Notes: a model not told the origin generated them from the letters alone. A stretch of 64,000 nucleotides of DNA from Dictyostelium discoideum (GCA_000004695.1 CM000150.2:4859597-4923596), one strand, 5' to 3'. Numbered from the stretch's first letter, positions 1 through 21,001 are shown. Numbers and translations: made by a program.

Positions 1-666
<666 letters not shown>

Positions 667-1104
667 ATGGATATGACTTTGTTTTTTTTTTTTTCTTTTT
701 TTTGTTTTTTTTTTTTTATTTTTTTTTTTTTTTTTGTCTGTGCCTGTTGTTAATAAAGTTGGTTTTAAAAAAAAAAATAAAAAAAAATAAAAAAAAAATT
801 AATAAGGTTAAAATTTAAAAAAAAAAAATAAAAAAAAAATAAAATAAAAAATAAAAAAAAAAAAAACAAATAAAAAAAAATAAAAAAAAAAAAAAAAAAT
901 AAAAAATAAAATAAAATAAAAAAAAAAAATATTTTTAAAAAAAAATTTGGAATAAAAATAGAAAATTAATTAAAAAATTAATGCAACATTTTATTAATAC
1001 CTTCACATTTTAGAAATATCAACTGTTGACATTTAAATTTGTCACCAATCAAAAAAAAAAAAAAATTTAATATTTATAAAAAAATTAATAATTAAAGTAA
1101 ACTA

Positions 1105-1135
<31 letters not shown>

Positions 1136-1980
1136 TTGATTTTTATTTTTTATTTAAACAGTTGAATAAATATTAAATTAAAATTATTGTTTATAATTTA
1201 AGTTATTTTATTAATTTGATGATGGAAAATAACAATTTAAATATCTCTTTTATCTGTGAAATTCTGCTGGAAAATTAATTTGCGATACCTCATTTAAACC
1301 TATAAAAAATCCATATAATTAAATGGCCCTATATTTATATAACTTTGATGAATGAATTAATTTATTTTGGACAAAAAATTAAAAACATTTAATAACCTAA
1401 AAATTTAATAAACTAAGAATTTATTATTTTTTTTTTTTTTCATTCTTTTTCATTTTCTTATTTTTATTATTTTAATTTGACGCATTATCACACCATCACA
1501 AAGGGGGGTCTTGTTTAATAATATTATTTTTTTTTTCTTTTTTTCTTTTTTATTTTTTTTTTTTATTGTTTTTTTTTTTTTATTTTTATTTTTATTTTTA
1601 TTTTTATTTATTTTTTTTTTTTTTTATAATTTTTTTTTTTTTATTTTTTTTTTATATTTTTTTTTTCTTTGTTAAGTGAAAATTGAAAAAAAGAAAGTAA
1701 AAAAAAAAAAATAAAAACAAAAAAAAAAAAAAAAAAAGGTGATAAGTCTTTTTTTTATTATTATAATTTTTTTTTTTTTAAAAATATATATTTATATACA
1801 CATTATATAAAAAGGTAAATATCATACATCAATAATCTATTATATCATATCGACATTATTTAAATAGTTTAAACTATTCTTTACACATATTTTAAACTCG
1901 AGCGATAGTAAATATTTATTTGTGTGTATTTTAAAAAAAAAAAATGAAAAATGCTCAAAAAAAAAAAAATTAATTATTTT

Positions 1981-2060
1981 TACAATTTTTTATTTTATTT
2001 TATTTTATTTTATTTTATTTTATTTTATTTTATTTTATTTTATTTTATTTTATTTTTTTA
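1981..2060. repeat. (TTTTA)n pentanucleotide microsatellite, about 15 units, in the NPC1-like gene upstream region
   Basis: attttattttattttatttt... seen directly. Confidence 0.9.
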
Positions 2061-2436
2061 TTATTATTTTATTCATTCACAATTTTATTTATTTTCATTT
2101 TTTTTTATTTTATTTTATTTTGTTACTATAATTGTATCATTAAACAATAAAATATTTAAATAATTATATATATGGGAAATTAGGTTTTATCAATTTTCAA
2201 AAATAAAAAAATAAAAAAATAAAAAAATAAAAAAATATATAAATATAATAATAATAAATAATAATACAACTTAATATCATAACCATAATCGTAGATTGTG
2301 CCAATCACAACGACACAAAGTGTCATTTTATTTTTAATTTTTATTTTTTTTAATTTTTTTTTTTTTTTTTTTTTTTCAATAATCCATTTCGTGCATGGCA
2401 AAATAAAGGGGTTGTTGTTCCCAATAATAATCTTCA

Positions 2437-2489
<53 letters not shown>

Positions 2490-2786
2490 TAAAATTGTTT
2501 TGACTTTTCAGTTGATTGAGATATTTTTGATTCGCACAAAAAAAGAAAATAAAAAAATATAAAAAAATAAAAAAAAATAAAAAAAAATAAAAATACTAAT
2601 TTTTTTTTTTTTTTTTTTTATTCGGGTTCAAAATTTTTTTTTTTTTTTCAAAGTTTACATATAACAAATAACAACAACAATACATTTTACATATATATTT
2701 AGAATATTCAAAATTTCTTATCGATACCCTTTATATATATACAGTTTTACAATATTGTTGTAAAATTAAGTCAGATACAAACAAGA

Positions 2787-3024
2787 ATGAATATAAATCA
2801 AATTATGTCTCTTTTTGTTTGTTTTTGTTTATTTTCGTCAATATACTTAATAAATACTGTTCATTCACAAGGACCTTTCCCATATAATACTACTGAGGGT
2901 TGTTCGATGAATGGTTTAAATGCAAGTTATATTGAAAGTGGTCTTTATCCACCTGTAAGTAGAGGAGAATAAAATAAAATAAAATAAAATAATTTTGTTA
3001 ATTTTTTTAAGCAAAAAGTATTAA

Positions 3025-3062
<38 letters not shown>

Positions 3063-6000
3063 TATCATAATCAAATTTTAGCTCCAGGTACATGCCAATA
3101 TTCACATCCAGAATATTCAGAAACATCATGTTGTACAAATGGTCAAACACTTGTTTTATTATCAAACATGGTAATGGGATCTGCAGTATTTGCACGTTGT
3201 CCAGCATGTTTATTTAATGTATGGGATTTGTGGTGTGCATCATCATGTTCACCATATCAACAATCATTTATGGTACCAACAAGTATCGATAGTAAAACAG
3301 GACAAATCTTAAGCGTTGATTTCGTCATTCATCCCGATTACGCTTGGGGTTTATATAATTCATGTAGTGGTGTAAATTCAGATGGTGCACCACCTTTTGG
3401 TACAATTTTTCATACACCTCAAGATTTTTTTAGTGGTATCTTTGCACTTAATCCAGCATTTTCAATCAATTGGGTTTTCAATGAAACAGGTTATATAAGT
3501 CCAACTGCTCCATGCGCTGAATCTTGTTCATGTGATCAATGTGGTGATGCTTGTGGTCCACCACCTACTGTTGGTGAAATTGGTTTATTTAATAATTCTT
3601 TACCACAAACTTATTTGTTTAATCATGAGTAAGTAGTATTTTTTTTTAAAAAAAAAAAAAAAAATCAAATGATTATCATTTTTAAATACTAAATTTAATT
3701 TTTTTTTTATTTATTTAATTAGAATTCCATTTTTATCAGTTTGGATGATTTGGACATTTATTATGTTTACATTAGTTTTAACATATGGTACTAGTATGGG
3801 ATTAGTTTTATTTGGAAATGTAAAGTTTTTCGATTCAACTAAAGTAAAAGTAATAGCATCATTAGTTTTATCAATTTCATTTATTAGTGCAATTTTAATT
3901 CCATTCATTTCTGGTAAAGTACCACTTCATGATAGTTCATGTCAATGGAAAATGCCATCCGATCAACTTTGGAATTGTTCATTAGCTTTGGGTGTTGGAA
4001 TTTATGAGCTTATTACTTTTATTTTCTTATTTGTCATCTCAATTGTTATCATTGTTCTTTATCATATTGGTTCAAATAATCGTCCAATTCCAGGTTCCTC
4101 TTCAAATGCCTCAGTTGTATATGATGCATTAATTTCTTCCAATAGTAGTAATAATGATAATAGTAATAGCAATAACAATGAACAACAACAACAACAACCA
4201 TCAACAATTATTCAAAGATTCTTTTATTGGTATGGTCATAAAGTTGCATCAAAACCACTTATTGTAATTTTAATTTGTATTATAATAACAGCAGGTTTAG
4301 GTATTGGTATTATAAAATTAGAAATTGAACAAGATCCAGTAAAATTATGGGTTGCACCAGATAGTAGAGCAGCATTAGATAAAACTTATTTCGATAATAA
4401 TTTTGGACCATTTTATCGTGTTGAACAAATTATTATAACACCAAAGAATCAAACTAAATATCCAACAGTTATAGAATATGATTTATTATTGGAATTATTT
4501 GAAATCGAATTATCATTAATGAGTTTAGAGGCAGAATATGAAGGAGAATTGATTACATTGGATTCACTTTGTTTCAAACCAACAAAACGTGGTTGTTTAA
4601 TTGAAAGTACATCTGGTTTATGGCAAAGAAATATTAGTAAACTTAATTATACCCAATCAGAGGAAGGTGTTTTAACCTATTATGAAAATTGTCAATCGAG
4701 CTTACTTCAACCAGATTGTATGGATTCAGTGGGAGCACCAGTTCAACCAAGAGTGGTCTTGGGTGGTTGGGAGAATAATAATTCCTCTGCTGCATCTGCT
4801 TTTGTTGTTACCTTCCTTTTAAATAATCCAACCGATATGGTAAATACCGCCATGGCATGGGAACAAGTTTGGTTGGATCATATCTCTGCCATTGCTGCCA
4901 CTTCTGAAATTTTCGATATCACATATAGTGCCGAGCGTTCAGTTCAAGATGAGTTATCACGTGAAGGTAATGCCGATATTCCAACTATTCTAATCTCTTA
5001 TTTCGTTATGTTCTTCTATGTCTCCCTTTCATTGGGTAGTTACTATCCATTCCCAACTCGTTTCCTCTCATTATTTGTCCGTTCGCGTTTTGCACTTGGT
5101 TTTTGTGGTATCATCATTGTAGCTGCCTCCATCGTCATTAGTGTTGGTGTTTGTAGTATGGCAAATTTAAAGGCAACCTTAATCATTTCCGAAGTAATTC
5201 CATTCCTTGTATTAGCAATTGGTGTGGATAATATTTTCATCATTGTTAATACCTTTGAATCATTACATGTCGTTCGTTATGATCCACATACTCGTGCTGC
5301 TATCCTTCCAACCTCTGAAGATTCATTAGCTCGTACCCTCGCAAAAGTTGGTCCATCAATTGCTTTAGCATCACTCAGCGAATCATTGGCTTTCCTATTG
5401 GGTTCATTAACAAAAATGCCAGCAGTTCAAGCATTCTCTTACTATGCAGCATTGGCAATTTTCGTTGACTTTTTATTACAGGTTAGTGCATTCTCTGCCC
5501 TATTGGTTTTGGATTCTAAACGTGCCTCCTCAAGACGTATCGATTGTTTACCATGTATTGCATTGGAGGATGGTGATAACTCTGATATGGAAGATGATGA
5601 TGATGAAGAAAATGAAAAATTACCATTTGCACGTGCCGACATTAATGCAAACTTTAAAAATTCTCAACCAACCTATTCCACTTCATCATCACCAAAGAAA
5701 ACTACCCTCCTTCAAGTTGTCTTCAAAAAATTCTATGCTCCCTTTTTATTACATCCAATCACAAAGATGTTGGTTATCATTTTCTTTGTTGGTTTATTGT
5801 TGACTGGTATAAACTTTGCCTTCCAAGTCTCGATTGGTTTAGATCAACGTGTTGCCTTACCAAGTAATTCTTATCTTCAAGGTTATTTCAATAATATGGC
5901 CAATCTTTTGGAGGTAGGTCCACCATTTTATATCGTTATCAAAGGTGATTACAATTATACCGATTTTGAATCACAAAATAAACTTTGTACAATGGGTGGT

Positions 6001-7017
6001 TGTGATAAAGATTCAATTGTCAATGTATTCAATAATGCACCATTCATCAATAAAGGTATTTCAAGTTGGTTGGATGATTATATTAGTTTTGCTCAAGCCC
6101 AAGGTTCTTGTTGTCTCAAATATCCAAATGGTAGCATTTGTTACAATGGTGCCGACCCTTCCTGTGCACCATGTTTCTCAAATAATGCACAAGGTCGTCC
6201 AGATCCACAATCATTCATACAATATTTACCATTCTTTTTGAATGTATCAAATACTGCCAGTTGTCCATTGGCTGGTTTGGCTTACACAAGTGATGCTCAT
6301 ATCGTCAATGGCACTATTGTTGCCTCAAGATTCGATGGTTATCATACAACTCTTAGAACTCAAGATGATTATATCAATGCAGTTCAAACCGCTTATTATT
6401 TGGCCGATAATTCCGATCTCGATGTAGAGGTTTATTCAATCATTTATGTTTACTTTGATCAATATCTAACAATCAAGAGTGTAGCAATAATGGATATCCT
6501 TTTGGCATTGGGTGGTGTATTTATTGTTTGTCTCATTTTACTATTGAATCCATTGGTTTCTTTCTTGGTTGTAATTTCCGTTGGTATGATTTGTGTCGAT
6601 TTATTAGGTATCATGGCATTATGGAACATCTCTTTGAATGCAGTTTCCGTTGTAAACGTTGTTATGGCCATTGGTATTGGTATCGAGTTTTGTGTTCACA
6701 TTGCTTCAACCTTTATCAATGCTCCAAAACATTTCTCAAGAGATCAAAAAGCAAAATATGCCGTCACTGAGATGGGTAGTTCCATCATTAGTGGTATCTT
6801 TATCACAAAATTATTGGGTGTCGTGGTTTTAGGTTTCTCAACTTCAGAAATTTTCACTGTTTATTACTTTAGAATGTATCTCAGTATAGTTTTCTTGGGT
6901 GGTTTACATGGTTTAGTTTTCTTACCAGTATTATTATCTTTATTTGGAACTGATACCCTTCAATTAGATCGTCTTTGTAAATCTAAAAAAAATAGTTATT
7001 CACTTAATGATGAATAA
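2787..7017 (+). CDS. Niemann-Pick C1-like sterol transporter (patched/RND family with sterol-sensing domain), 3 exons
   Basis: Exons 2787..2954, 3081..3628 and 3723..7017 are joined in frame by GTAAGT...TTTTAG introns (phase 0, then phase 2). Exon 1 encodes a signal peptide. Exons 1-2 encode the Cys-rich NPC1 N-terminal domain (CSMNG, CQYSHPEYSETSCC, CPAC, CDQCGDACGPP). Exon 3 encodes about 1090 aa with multiple TM helices and a sterol-sensing/patched core (GVDNIFIIV, two large luminal loops with conserved Cys clusters). Total is about 1330 aa. Confidence 0.85.
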
Positions 7018-7202
7018 AAAAAAAAAAGTAAAAAAAAAAATAGTTATTCACTTAATGATGAATAAATAAAAAAAAGTAAAAAAAAAAAAAAAATAATAAA
7101 GATTTGTATAGAATAATTTTGAAAAAAAAAGATCATCAAAAAAAATCAAGATTTAATTTTTAATTTTATTTCTCTCAAGGTCAAATTTCATATTTTTTAT
7201 TT

Positions 7203-7233
<31 letters not shown>

Positions 7234-7353
7234 GTTATTTTCAAATTTTTGAAAAAAAAAAAAAAAACCACCGTGTTATAATTTTTAATTTTTTATTTTT
7301 TATTTTTTTTTAATTTTTTTTTTGATTTGTCAGTGTCATATAATGATGTAAAA

Positions 7354-12972
<5,619 letters not shown>

Positions 12973-13496
12973 TAAAAATATTAAAAAATGAAAAAAATTA
13001 TTATTAATTAATATAATAATAAAAAATAAAATAATATTTAGTTTTTATTACTTTAATATTCAAAACTAAAAAATGAATAAATAAAAATTCTTCTTTTTAA
13101 TTTTTTTAACTAATTTATTCAAAATTTTTTTAGTTTTCCAAAATATATTTTCCTCTTTGGCAATATCTATTCATATCTTTTTTTTACAGATAAAAAACTT
13201 TTTTTTTCTAATATCTAATAAATTTAGTTATATTTTTTTTTTTTTTTTTAAGAATTGAAGTTTCCCTCTTTGAAATTTTTTTTTTTTTCTTTATAGGAAA
13301 ATAAATTTTAAAAGGAAGGAAAAAATTGATTTTTAATTTTTTTTTTACAGAAATAAATGTGGAATAATCACATGTTTTTATTTAAAATAAGTAAATTGTT
13401 TGTTTTTAAATATTTGAATTTGAAACTTTAAAGTAATTAGATTTTTTTTCTTTTTTTTTTTTTTATTTTTAATACAATATACACAAGAATAATTTA

Positions 13497-13537
<41 letters not shown>

Positions 13538-13540
13538 AAA

Positions 13541-15239
13541 TTAATTTAGAGATAAGAATTTGACTCGGATAAATTGATTTCCTTGAATTTTTTGTCCATC
13601 AAGATTTTGTTGAGCTAAAATTGCATTTTCTGCATTATTAAAAGATATGAAACATTTTGTTTTGTTACTATTTGGATTTATATTTATCTATTTTATAAAA
13701 TGATAATAATTAGTAACCAATTTGAAAGAAAAAAAAAAAAAAAAAAAAAAAAGGTAAATTCCAAATAAAACACTTACATTTATACTTTTTAAATCTCCAT
13801 ATTTTGAAAAAATCTGGATTAAATTTGAATATTCTAAACTTCCTTTAAATGTGCAAACCAAAATTGAAACTGAATTATTATTTATAGTTTTAGTATATTT
13901 TGGTGAGGATGGTGGTGATTGTTGTTGCGGTTGTTGTGGTTGTTGAGGTTGGTATTGTTGTGCGTATACAATTGGTTGTTGTGGTTGTGGAATATGATGA
14001 TGATGATGATAATAATATGATGTTGCTGTTGGATATACGTAATAATTTTGATCAGTTGGTTGCCATGAATAACTTTGTTGTGGGGAAGTGGAATGTAATT
14101 CCCCATTTGTTGAGTAAACACCATTTGAATAATGATCATAATAATTATTTGAGTATGAATTTGAATTATATTCCTAATTTTAAAAAAAAAAAAAAAAAAA
14201 AAAATTAATATTAAAATTAAAATTAATAGATAATCTATTTAAACTAAGAGAATATATTAAATATTTACTTGTGATGCATAATAACCTTGATATGGCTCAC
14301 CTTGATAAACATATGAATATTGTGGTGGTGGAGGAATTGATGGTAATGGTGGTTGTGGAATTGATTGTGGTGGTTGTGGAATTGATATTGGTTGTATTGA
14401 TTGTTGCTGCTGTTGTTGTAGTTGTTGAGATGATTGATTATTATTATATTTTTGTGGTTGTGGAGATGATGGACGTTGAGGTTGATTTGGAGAAGATGAA
14501 CGATTTGGAATATTTGTTAAAGAAGAAATTGAGTTAGTTGTGGGACTTGGTGTTAAAGAAGATGTTGATGATATAGATGAATTTGATAATGATAAATAAG
14601 GAATTTGAATTGATTGTTTTTTACCATTAGGTGCATACTTAACTATTTTTTTTTAAAGAAAATATATACATATATACGTACATATTAATATTTGTTTTTT
14701 TTTTTAAGGAATATAAAATAAAATAATATCTTACCAACTAAAGGAGTTTCACCTAAAATTAAAGAACCAGACATTGATTGTAAAGCATTTGTTGAATAAT
14801 GAATATTTGAGAATTTAATAACGCCGGCTCTCTTACTTTTTCCACTACTGGCATCAATTAAAACTTGAGCCTCAATAACTTCACCAAATTGAGAGAATGT
14901 TGAGTTTAAAATTGCATCAGTAATTGTTGGTGATAATACTCTAACATAAAGAGTATTTGATGGATCTCTTTGTTGTTCAGTTTGGGATGGTGAAGTAGTT
15001 GCACCACCATTTGAATCTGGTACACAACAACTAATACCACCATTTCCATTGTTACCTACAAATGGAGACACTGGTGGTGAATTTGATGGTTTCGATAATT
15101 TACATAAAAGTGTCTTATATCCAACTTGATATCTATTCATATTTTTAATTGCTTCACAAGCATTTTCTGGATTTAAAAATCTTACAAATCTATTTAAAAT
15201 ATATTATAATTAATATTTTGGATTTTTTTTTTTTTTTTT

Positions 15240-15282
<43 letters not shown>

Positions 15283-15425
15283 TCATACCCATATCCTAAG
15301 CTATTTCCAGTTTTAATATTAACCATAACTTTTGTATTTACAATTTCTCCAAATTGTTCAAATAGATCATATAATTCTATATTTTTTTATTTATTTAATT
15401 ATTTATTTTTTGGTGATTAAATAAT

Positions 15426-15471
<46 letters not shown>

Positions 15472-15624
15472 ATTAATAAATGAAAAATATTATTTTATTT
15501 AAAATTCAAGAGTATTACCTTTTTCTGAAAAATTACATGGTAAATATTTTACAAAAACATTACAAATATCAACTTCGGAATCTAATTCAAATTCTTGACT
15601 TATTGGTTCAACTTCCATTTTCAT
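13541..15624 (-). CDS. RNA-binding protein with three RRM domains (MSSP/RBMS-like arrangement), 6 exons
   Basis: Minus-strand exons 15519..15624, 15289..15376, 14735..15189, 14269..14642, 13778..14173 and 13541..13687. RRM1 has RNP2 NVFVKYLP and RNP1 GYGFVRF, the latter split by an intron and restored only after splicing. The LLCKLSKP linker resembles the RBMS EPLLCKFAD. RRM2 reads LYVRVLSP...SGKSKRAGVIKF. The middle is a P/Q/S-rich region, and the C-terminal RRM-like domain reads ...LVCTFKGSLEY...KCFISFNNAENAILAQQNLDGQKIQG. Confidence 0.75.
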
Positions 15625-15742
15625 TTTTTTTTTTTTTTTATTTTAAAATTTTATTTTAGGTTTCGGATTGAGGGTGTGAACTTTAATATTTTTTTATTTT
15701 AATATTTTTTTTTTTTTTTCTTTAAATGAAAAGTTAATAATA

Positions 15743-15781
<39 letters not shown>

Positions 15782-16695
15782 CTTATAAAAAAAAATAAAA
15801 TTAATTATAATAATACAAAATGGTTTTTTTATTTTTGTTTTGGTGATGTGTTGTGAAAATGAAAGTGAAAATAATTTTTTTTTTTTTGTTTTTCAAAAAA
15901 GAAAAATAAAGTAAATGTGATTATAATCACAAAAAAAAAAAAAATAAAAATAAAAAAAAAAATAAAAAAAAAAAATTAAAATAATAATAGTTTGATTGGC
16001 GAATGAAAAATATTTTAAAAAATCTAAAATTCTGTGCAAAGTGTATTTTTATTATTTTGATTATTTTGAAATGATTGAAAATTTTTAATTGGTTTTATTT
16101 ATTCGATTGGCAAAAAAAAAAAATAAAAAAAAAAATATAAAAAAAAATAAAAAAATAAAAAATAAAAAAAATAGAAAAAAATAATGGTTATTGGTTTGGA
16201 TATGGACTTATATGAATTAAAAATCTGACAGACGATCACCCTTTTTTTTCCAACCAATCAAATGACCAATTAACCATAATCAAAAGAAAAATATCTTAAA
16301 ACCGACAAAGACATTCGACAAAAAAAAAAATATGAAAAATAAAAAATAAAAAAAATAAAGTAAAAAAAAAAAAAAACTGCAAAAAATCCAAAAAAACGAT
16401 ACTTGCAAAACAAAAAAAAAAAAAATAAAATAAAATGTAATGACCGTTATGGGAGAGAAAAGGTATTTTTTTTATGGTGCACAGAAATATTATTGTTCGT
16501 TTCTAAACAGATTTAAAAAAAACCAAAATTTACCCTAACACTTAATTAATTAATTAATTAATTAATTAAATTATTTTATAGATTTCTGATATATTTGGAA
16601 TATGGTTTTGAAATGATTATTATAATTGATTTAATAAAAAATGTAAATGGTTTTTTCTAAACAATTTTTTACTTTTTTTATTTTTTTTTCAATTT

Positions 16696-16753
<58 letters not shown>

Positions 16754-17444
16754 TTATTTGATTATGGTGAATGTTGTTTAATTATTTTTTATTTTTTTTT
16801 AAAATAGGTTTTTTTTTTTTATAGTTTTTTTTTTTTTTATTTTTTTTTTAAAAAAAAAAAAATAATAACAAAAAATTAAATAAAATAAATTGTTTGAATT
16901 GGAAAGGGTTTTAAATATTTTTTAATATTTTTTTAATAATTTTTTTTTTTTTTAAAAAAAATGATTGCCACAGGAATCGAATAACCATATTTACTAAATT
17001 GTCAATTCGATCGGTTATAATTTTTGTGAAAAAAATGAAAAAAAAAAAATATATACATGCAATCTATGTTTCGAATCAAGATTCCAAAAAAAAAAAAAAA
17101 AAAAAAAAATATGAAAATAAATATCCGAGGTTTTTTTAACGAAACACAAATAACATGAAAACAAATCTAAGAATTAAAACCTCCAAAAACCCTTTTACGT
17201 ATTGGTATCTCTACTTTTTGTGATAAATAAGTTGATCGCATATATTTTTAATTAAAAAAAAAAAAAAATTTTAAAAAAAAATAATACATATGACTTTTAC
17301 TTTTTTGGATTTACTATGCACAAAGTTATTGATTAACTTTAAAATGGTTGGTTATTTTAATTATGTGATAGTTTTGTTATTGAATTTTATTTTGTTTTTA
17401 TTTTTATTTTAGTTATTTTCTTTCTTTTTTTTATTTTATTTTAT

Positions 17445-17475
<31 letters not shown>

Positions 17476-18197
17476 TTCTATCCTTATAAATTTTGTTTTT
17501 TTTTTTTTTTTTTTTTTTTAATTATTTATTTGAAATTATTTTTTATTTTATTTAAATGATTGTTTTAAAATGAAATGAAATAATTTTATTTTCCTTATGT
17601 CAAAAAAAATTTTTTTTTTTTAAAATTAAAAAAAAAAAAATAAAACCCACGAAAATGTATTTTGATTGTTTTGGGGCATTTATTTTAAGATACATGACCT
17701 ATTTTTGGCACCAAATTTTTTTTTTTACAAAAATAGTTTTTTTTCAAAAAAAAAAGACGAAAATTTTAAAATTGGGTTAATGCCCGCATGAATATTTAAA
17801 AACAAAAAATTGCGCCAATTCGATTAACAAGATAATAGGCCCGCCAACTATGTGAATGATATCTCACACCACGAGATTAATAAAAATTTGTGTGAATTTT
17901 AGATTTATTAAAAAAACCAAAAATAAAAAAATCAAAAAAACGAAAGTGCTAATAATATGAACCAATCAAATTTGGTCTTATTTTATATATCTAAATTTTT
18001 ATTATAAATATTTACTTTTATGATGTTTTTTGGATATTGATCACGGTATAATGGTGAATTAATTATCTATAATTGTAATACGAAGGGTTTGATGTAATTA
18101 TTATTTGTGGTGATGATTTAAGCTAATTATAGTTTTTTTTTTTTTTTTTTTTATAATTATAATAATTATTATTATTATTTTTTTTTGAAAATTAAAT

Positions 18198-18231
<34 letters not shown>

Positions 18232-18258
18232 ATTTATAAAAAAAAAAGTGAAGATAAG

Positions 18259-18307
<49 letters not shown>

Positions 18308-19489
18308 AAAAAAACTTACCCAAACATTACATTACGAATAATAAATTTTCTATTATTGATTTTAAAATCATTTAATACTATTTGAACCTTAACGAGAGAG
18401 AGGGGGTGCATTCTTAATTAATTCAATCCTTTTTTTTAACTTGCACTGACGTTCTGGGATGTTAATAATAGAGTGCAGAATTAATTTAATTTTATTTTAT
18501 TTTTTTTTTAATTTTTTTTTTTTTTTGTGAAATTTTTTATTTTAATCATTTCGTGATGGGTAAAAAAAAAAAAAACCACCATCAAAACGACTGTATAACA
18601 ACACAATGAGATAGATTTAATTAAACAAAAAAGCCAAAATTAAACAACGGTTTTTTCCTGGGGAATCTTTCAAAGGGTAAATCTATTAATATGTTTTTTT
18701 TTTTTTCAAACTTTTTTTTTAAATTTATTCCAGAAGATCTACATATTTGCCTTTATTAAGAATAAGAATCAAAAGAAGAGTTTTTTTTATTTTATTAATA
18801 AAAATAATTTCGGTGGGTGTGGGTTGATATAAAAAAAAAATTAAATATTAAAATTTAAAACTGAACCACATTTTTTATTTGAAAAAAAAAAATATCTTGT
18901 GGGTAATACGATTTTGGATATCATGGTGTTATTACTTTGATTATTAAAGATAAGATTTTAATCTCGTCTAAAAATTTTTTTTTTTTGTTTTTTTTATCTG
19001 TTTCTTATAATAAAATTGGAAATAAAAAAGATATATTTTTTTTTTAAAAAAAATAAAAAAAACACAAAAAACAAAATAAAAAAAAAAACATATTGCAATA
19101 TTAAAATCTTAATCTTTCACTGGTTGAATTTTTACTTTTTTTTTTTACTTTTAAAAATTCAACCAGTGAAAGACACGCTCACTTTAAAAATAATTATATA
19201 ACAACAAGATAAATGGTGAGTTTAATTAAAGATTTTATTTTTTTTTTTGGTTTTTTTTTTTTTTTTTTTATAATAAAATTGGAAATAAAAAGAAGTATTT
19301 TTTAAAATTAAGGTGATATTAAAAATAAACAAAGATATTAAATTGTTTATTGTTTTTTTTTATTAGTTTGTTAATTTATAGATTTATCTATAGTTAAATT
19401 ATATTAAACATCAATTGGTTCTTGAATTTCATCAGTTTGAATTGGTTCTTCTTTTGGTGGAGTTGATGGTAAAGTTGATGACAAATGAT

Positions 19490-21001
19490 CAGTATTCATA
19501 TCACTTTTATCAATTTCTCTTTGTTCAGTATGATTGAATTTACATTTTGGATTTGTACACTCTTTACCAAACTATACATAAAAAAAATAAAAAAAAGGAA
19601 AAATAAAAAGTTTAAAAATTAGTACCCTTTTGATTGGTTGATTGGTTGATTGGTTGATTGGTTGATTGATTGATTGATTTTTTAATAAAAGATACTTACT
19701 TTACAATCAGGTATTGGTTGTTCAACAGAATGATGAGCAAAAGTACAATTTGGAGTAACGCAATTTAAACCATAGAGACAAGGTTTACCATGACCGAATG
19801 GGCAAGCTTTACCCATATTACAACTTGTACCGAATTTACAAGCTGGTGGTGGGTGATAAAATCCACAACCAGTCTTTTTATTTGGACAAGCAAAACCATT
19901 TCTGCATGGAATTTCGTTCATTGCTGGTGGTGTAGCAACTGGTGCAGTGGGTCTTTGTGGATGATTATAAACACAATCTACATTTGTACAATTAATTCCA
20001 AATTTACATGGAATTGATGGATGAATATATAAACATTTATCGCCATATGTGCAATTTGGGAATAACCTATACATATTGTTTTTCATTTTTTTAAAAAACA
20101 TATTAATAAATTAATTTCAATTTTCTTTTTTTAATTTCTAAAAAATATTATTATGTTTCCATATGAAAAGATTGAAATATAAAATTAATACTTACAAACA
20201 TTGAGTTGTTGGATGGTGATATATACAAGCTTCAGCATTTCTACATAATGGCCAATATGAACATCTTTCTTTTTTTGATTTTTTCGGTGAAACTAAATCC
20301 AAGGGTATATTAACTGGATCATCAGTTGTATCATTGATTGTATTACTTTTATCGATTTCATCATCATCATCTCTATTTATATTTTTTCTTTTCTTTGATC
20401 CTGTATTTATATCATTCATTGTAATTGTAAAATTTGGTTGTTGTTTATTATTACTATTATTACCATTCTTTCTATTACTATTATTATTATTATTATTATT
20501 ATTATTATGTTTATCTTTTTTTATAAAATCTTTTTTACCATTACTATAGGTATTATTGCTACTATTGTTACTATTATTATTATTGTTATCAATATCATAA
20601 TGAGAATCATTTAAAGATTCTTCAGTCATTGGCACTCTAACATTTTTTGTATCTTCAGCAGCTTGTTTTACTGCATTTAAAATTAATCTTTGGGTTGGTG
20701 GTTTCTTTGCGGTTTGTTGTTGTTGTTGTTGCATAGTGGTATCGTTGATTTGTTTTTGTTTGTTAATGGATTCAAAATATGATGGTATATAATTCCAAAG
20801 CCATCCGGCAAATTCACCTGCTTTATCAATACCAATGAAATCTGATAAATCATTTGCCATCTCTTCTTTGGTTTTATTATTTCTTACCATAACTGATATA
20901 TACTCTGTTAAAATATTATCACACTCTAAATAATTCTTTACTTCATTTTGAATTGTATCCACGATCTCTGGTGTATAATTATATCCACCTAATGTTGTCA
21001 T
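19490..21001 (-). CDS. Nab2/ZC3H14-type tandem CCCH zinc-finger poly(A) RNA-binding protein, 3 exons
   Basis: Minus-strand exons 20196..21001, 19700..20066 and 19490..19570. The N-terminal region resembles the Nab2 N-terminal helical domain, followed by a poly-N/Q linker and then repeated CX5CX4-6CX3H fingers (CSYWPLCRNAEACIYHH, C..NC..C..H repeated several times). One finger is completed only across the exon1/exon2 junction (QC|LLFPNCTYGDKCLYIH) and another across exon2/exon3 (DCK|FGKECTNPKCKFNH), which supports the intron model. Confidence 0.75.
19632..19680. repeat. (GATTGGTT)n about 6 units, i.e. tandem ATTGG (antisense CCAAT) motifs, inside intron 2 of the CCCH finger gene
   Basis: ttgattggttgattggttgattggttgattggttgattgattgattgatt seen directly. 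Confidence 0.85.

Noticed and set aside
19016-19201. 61-aa ORF MEIKKIYFFFKKNKKN... in the gene desert
   Set aside because: Lys/Phe homopolymer translation of A/T runs; not coding.
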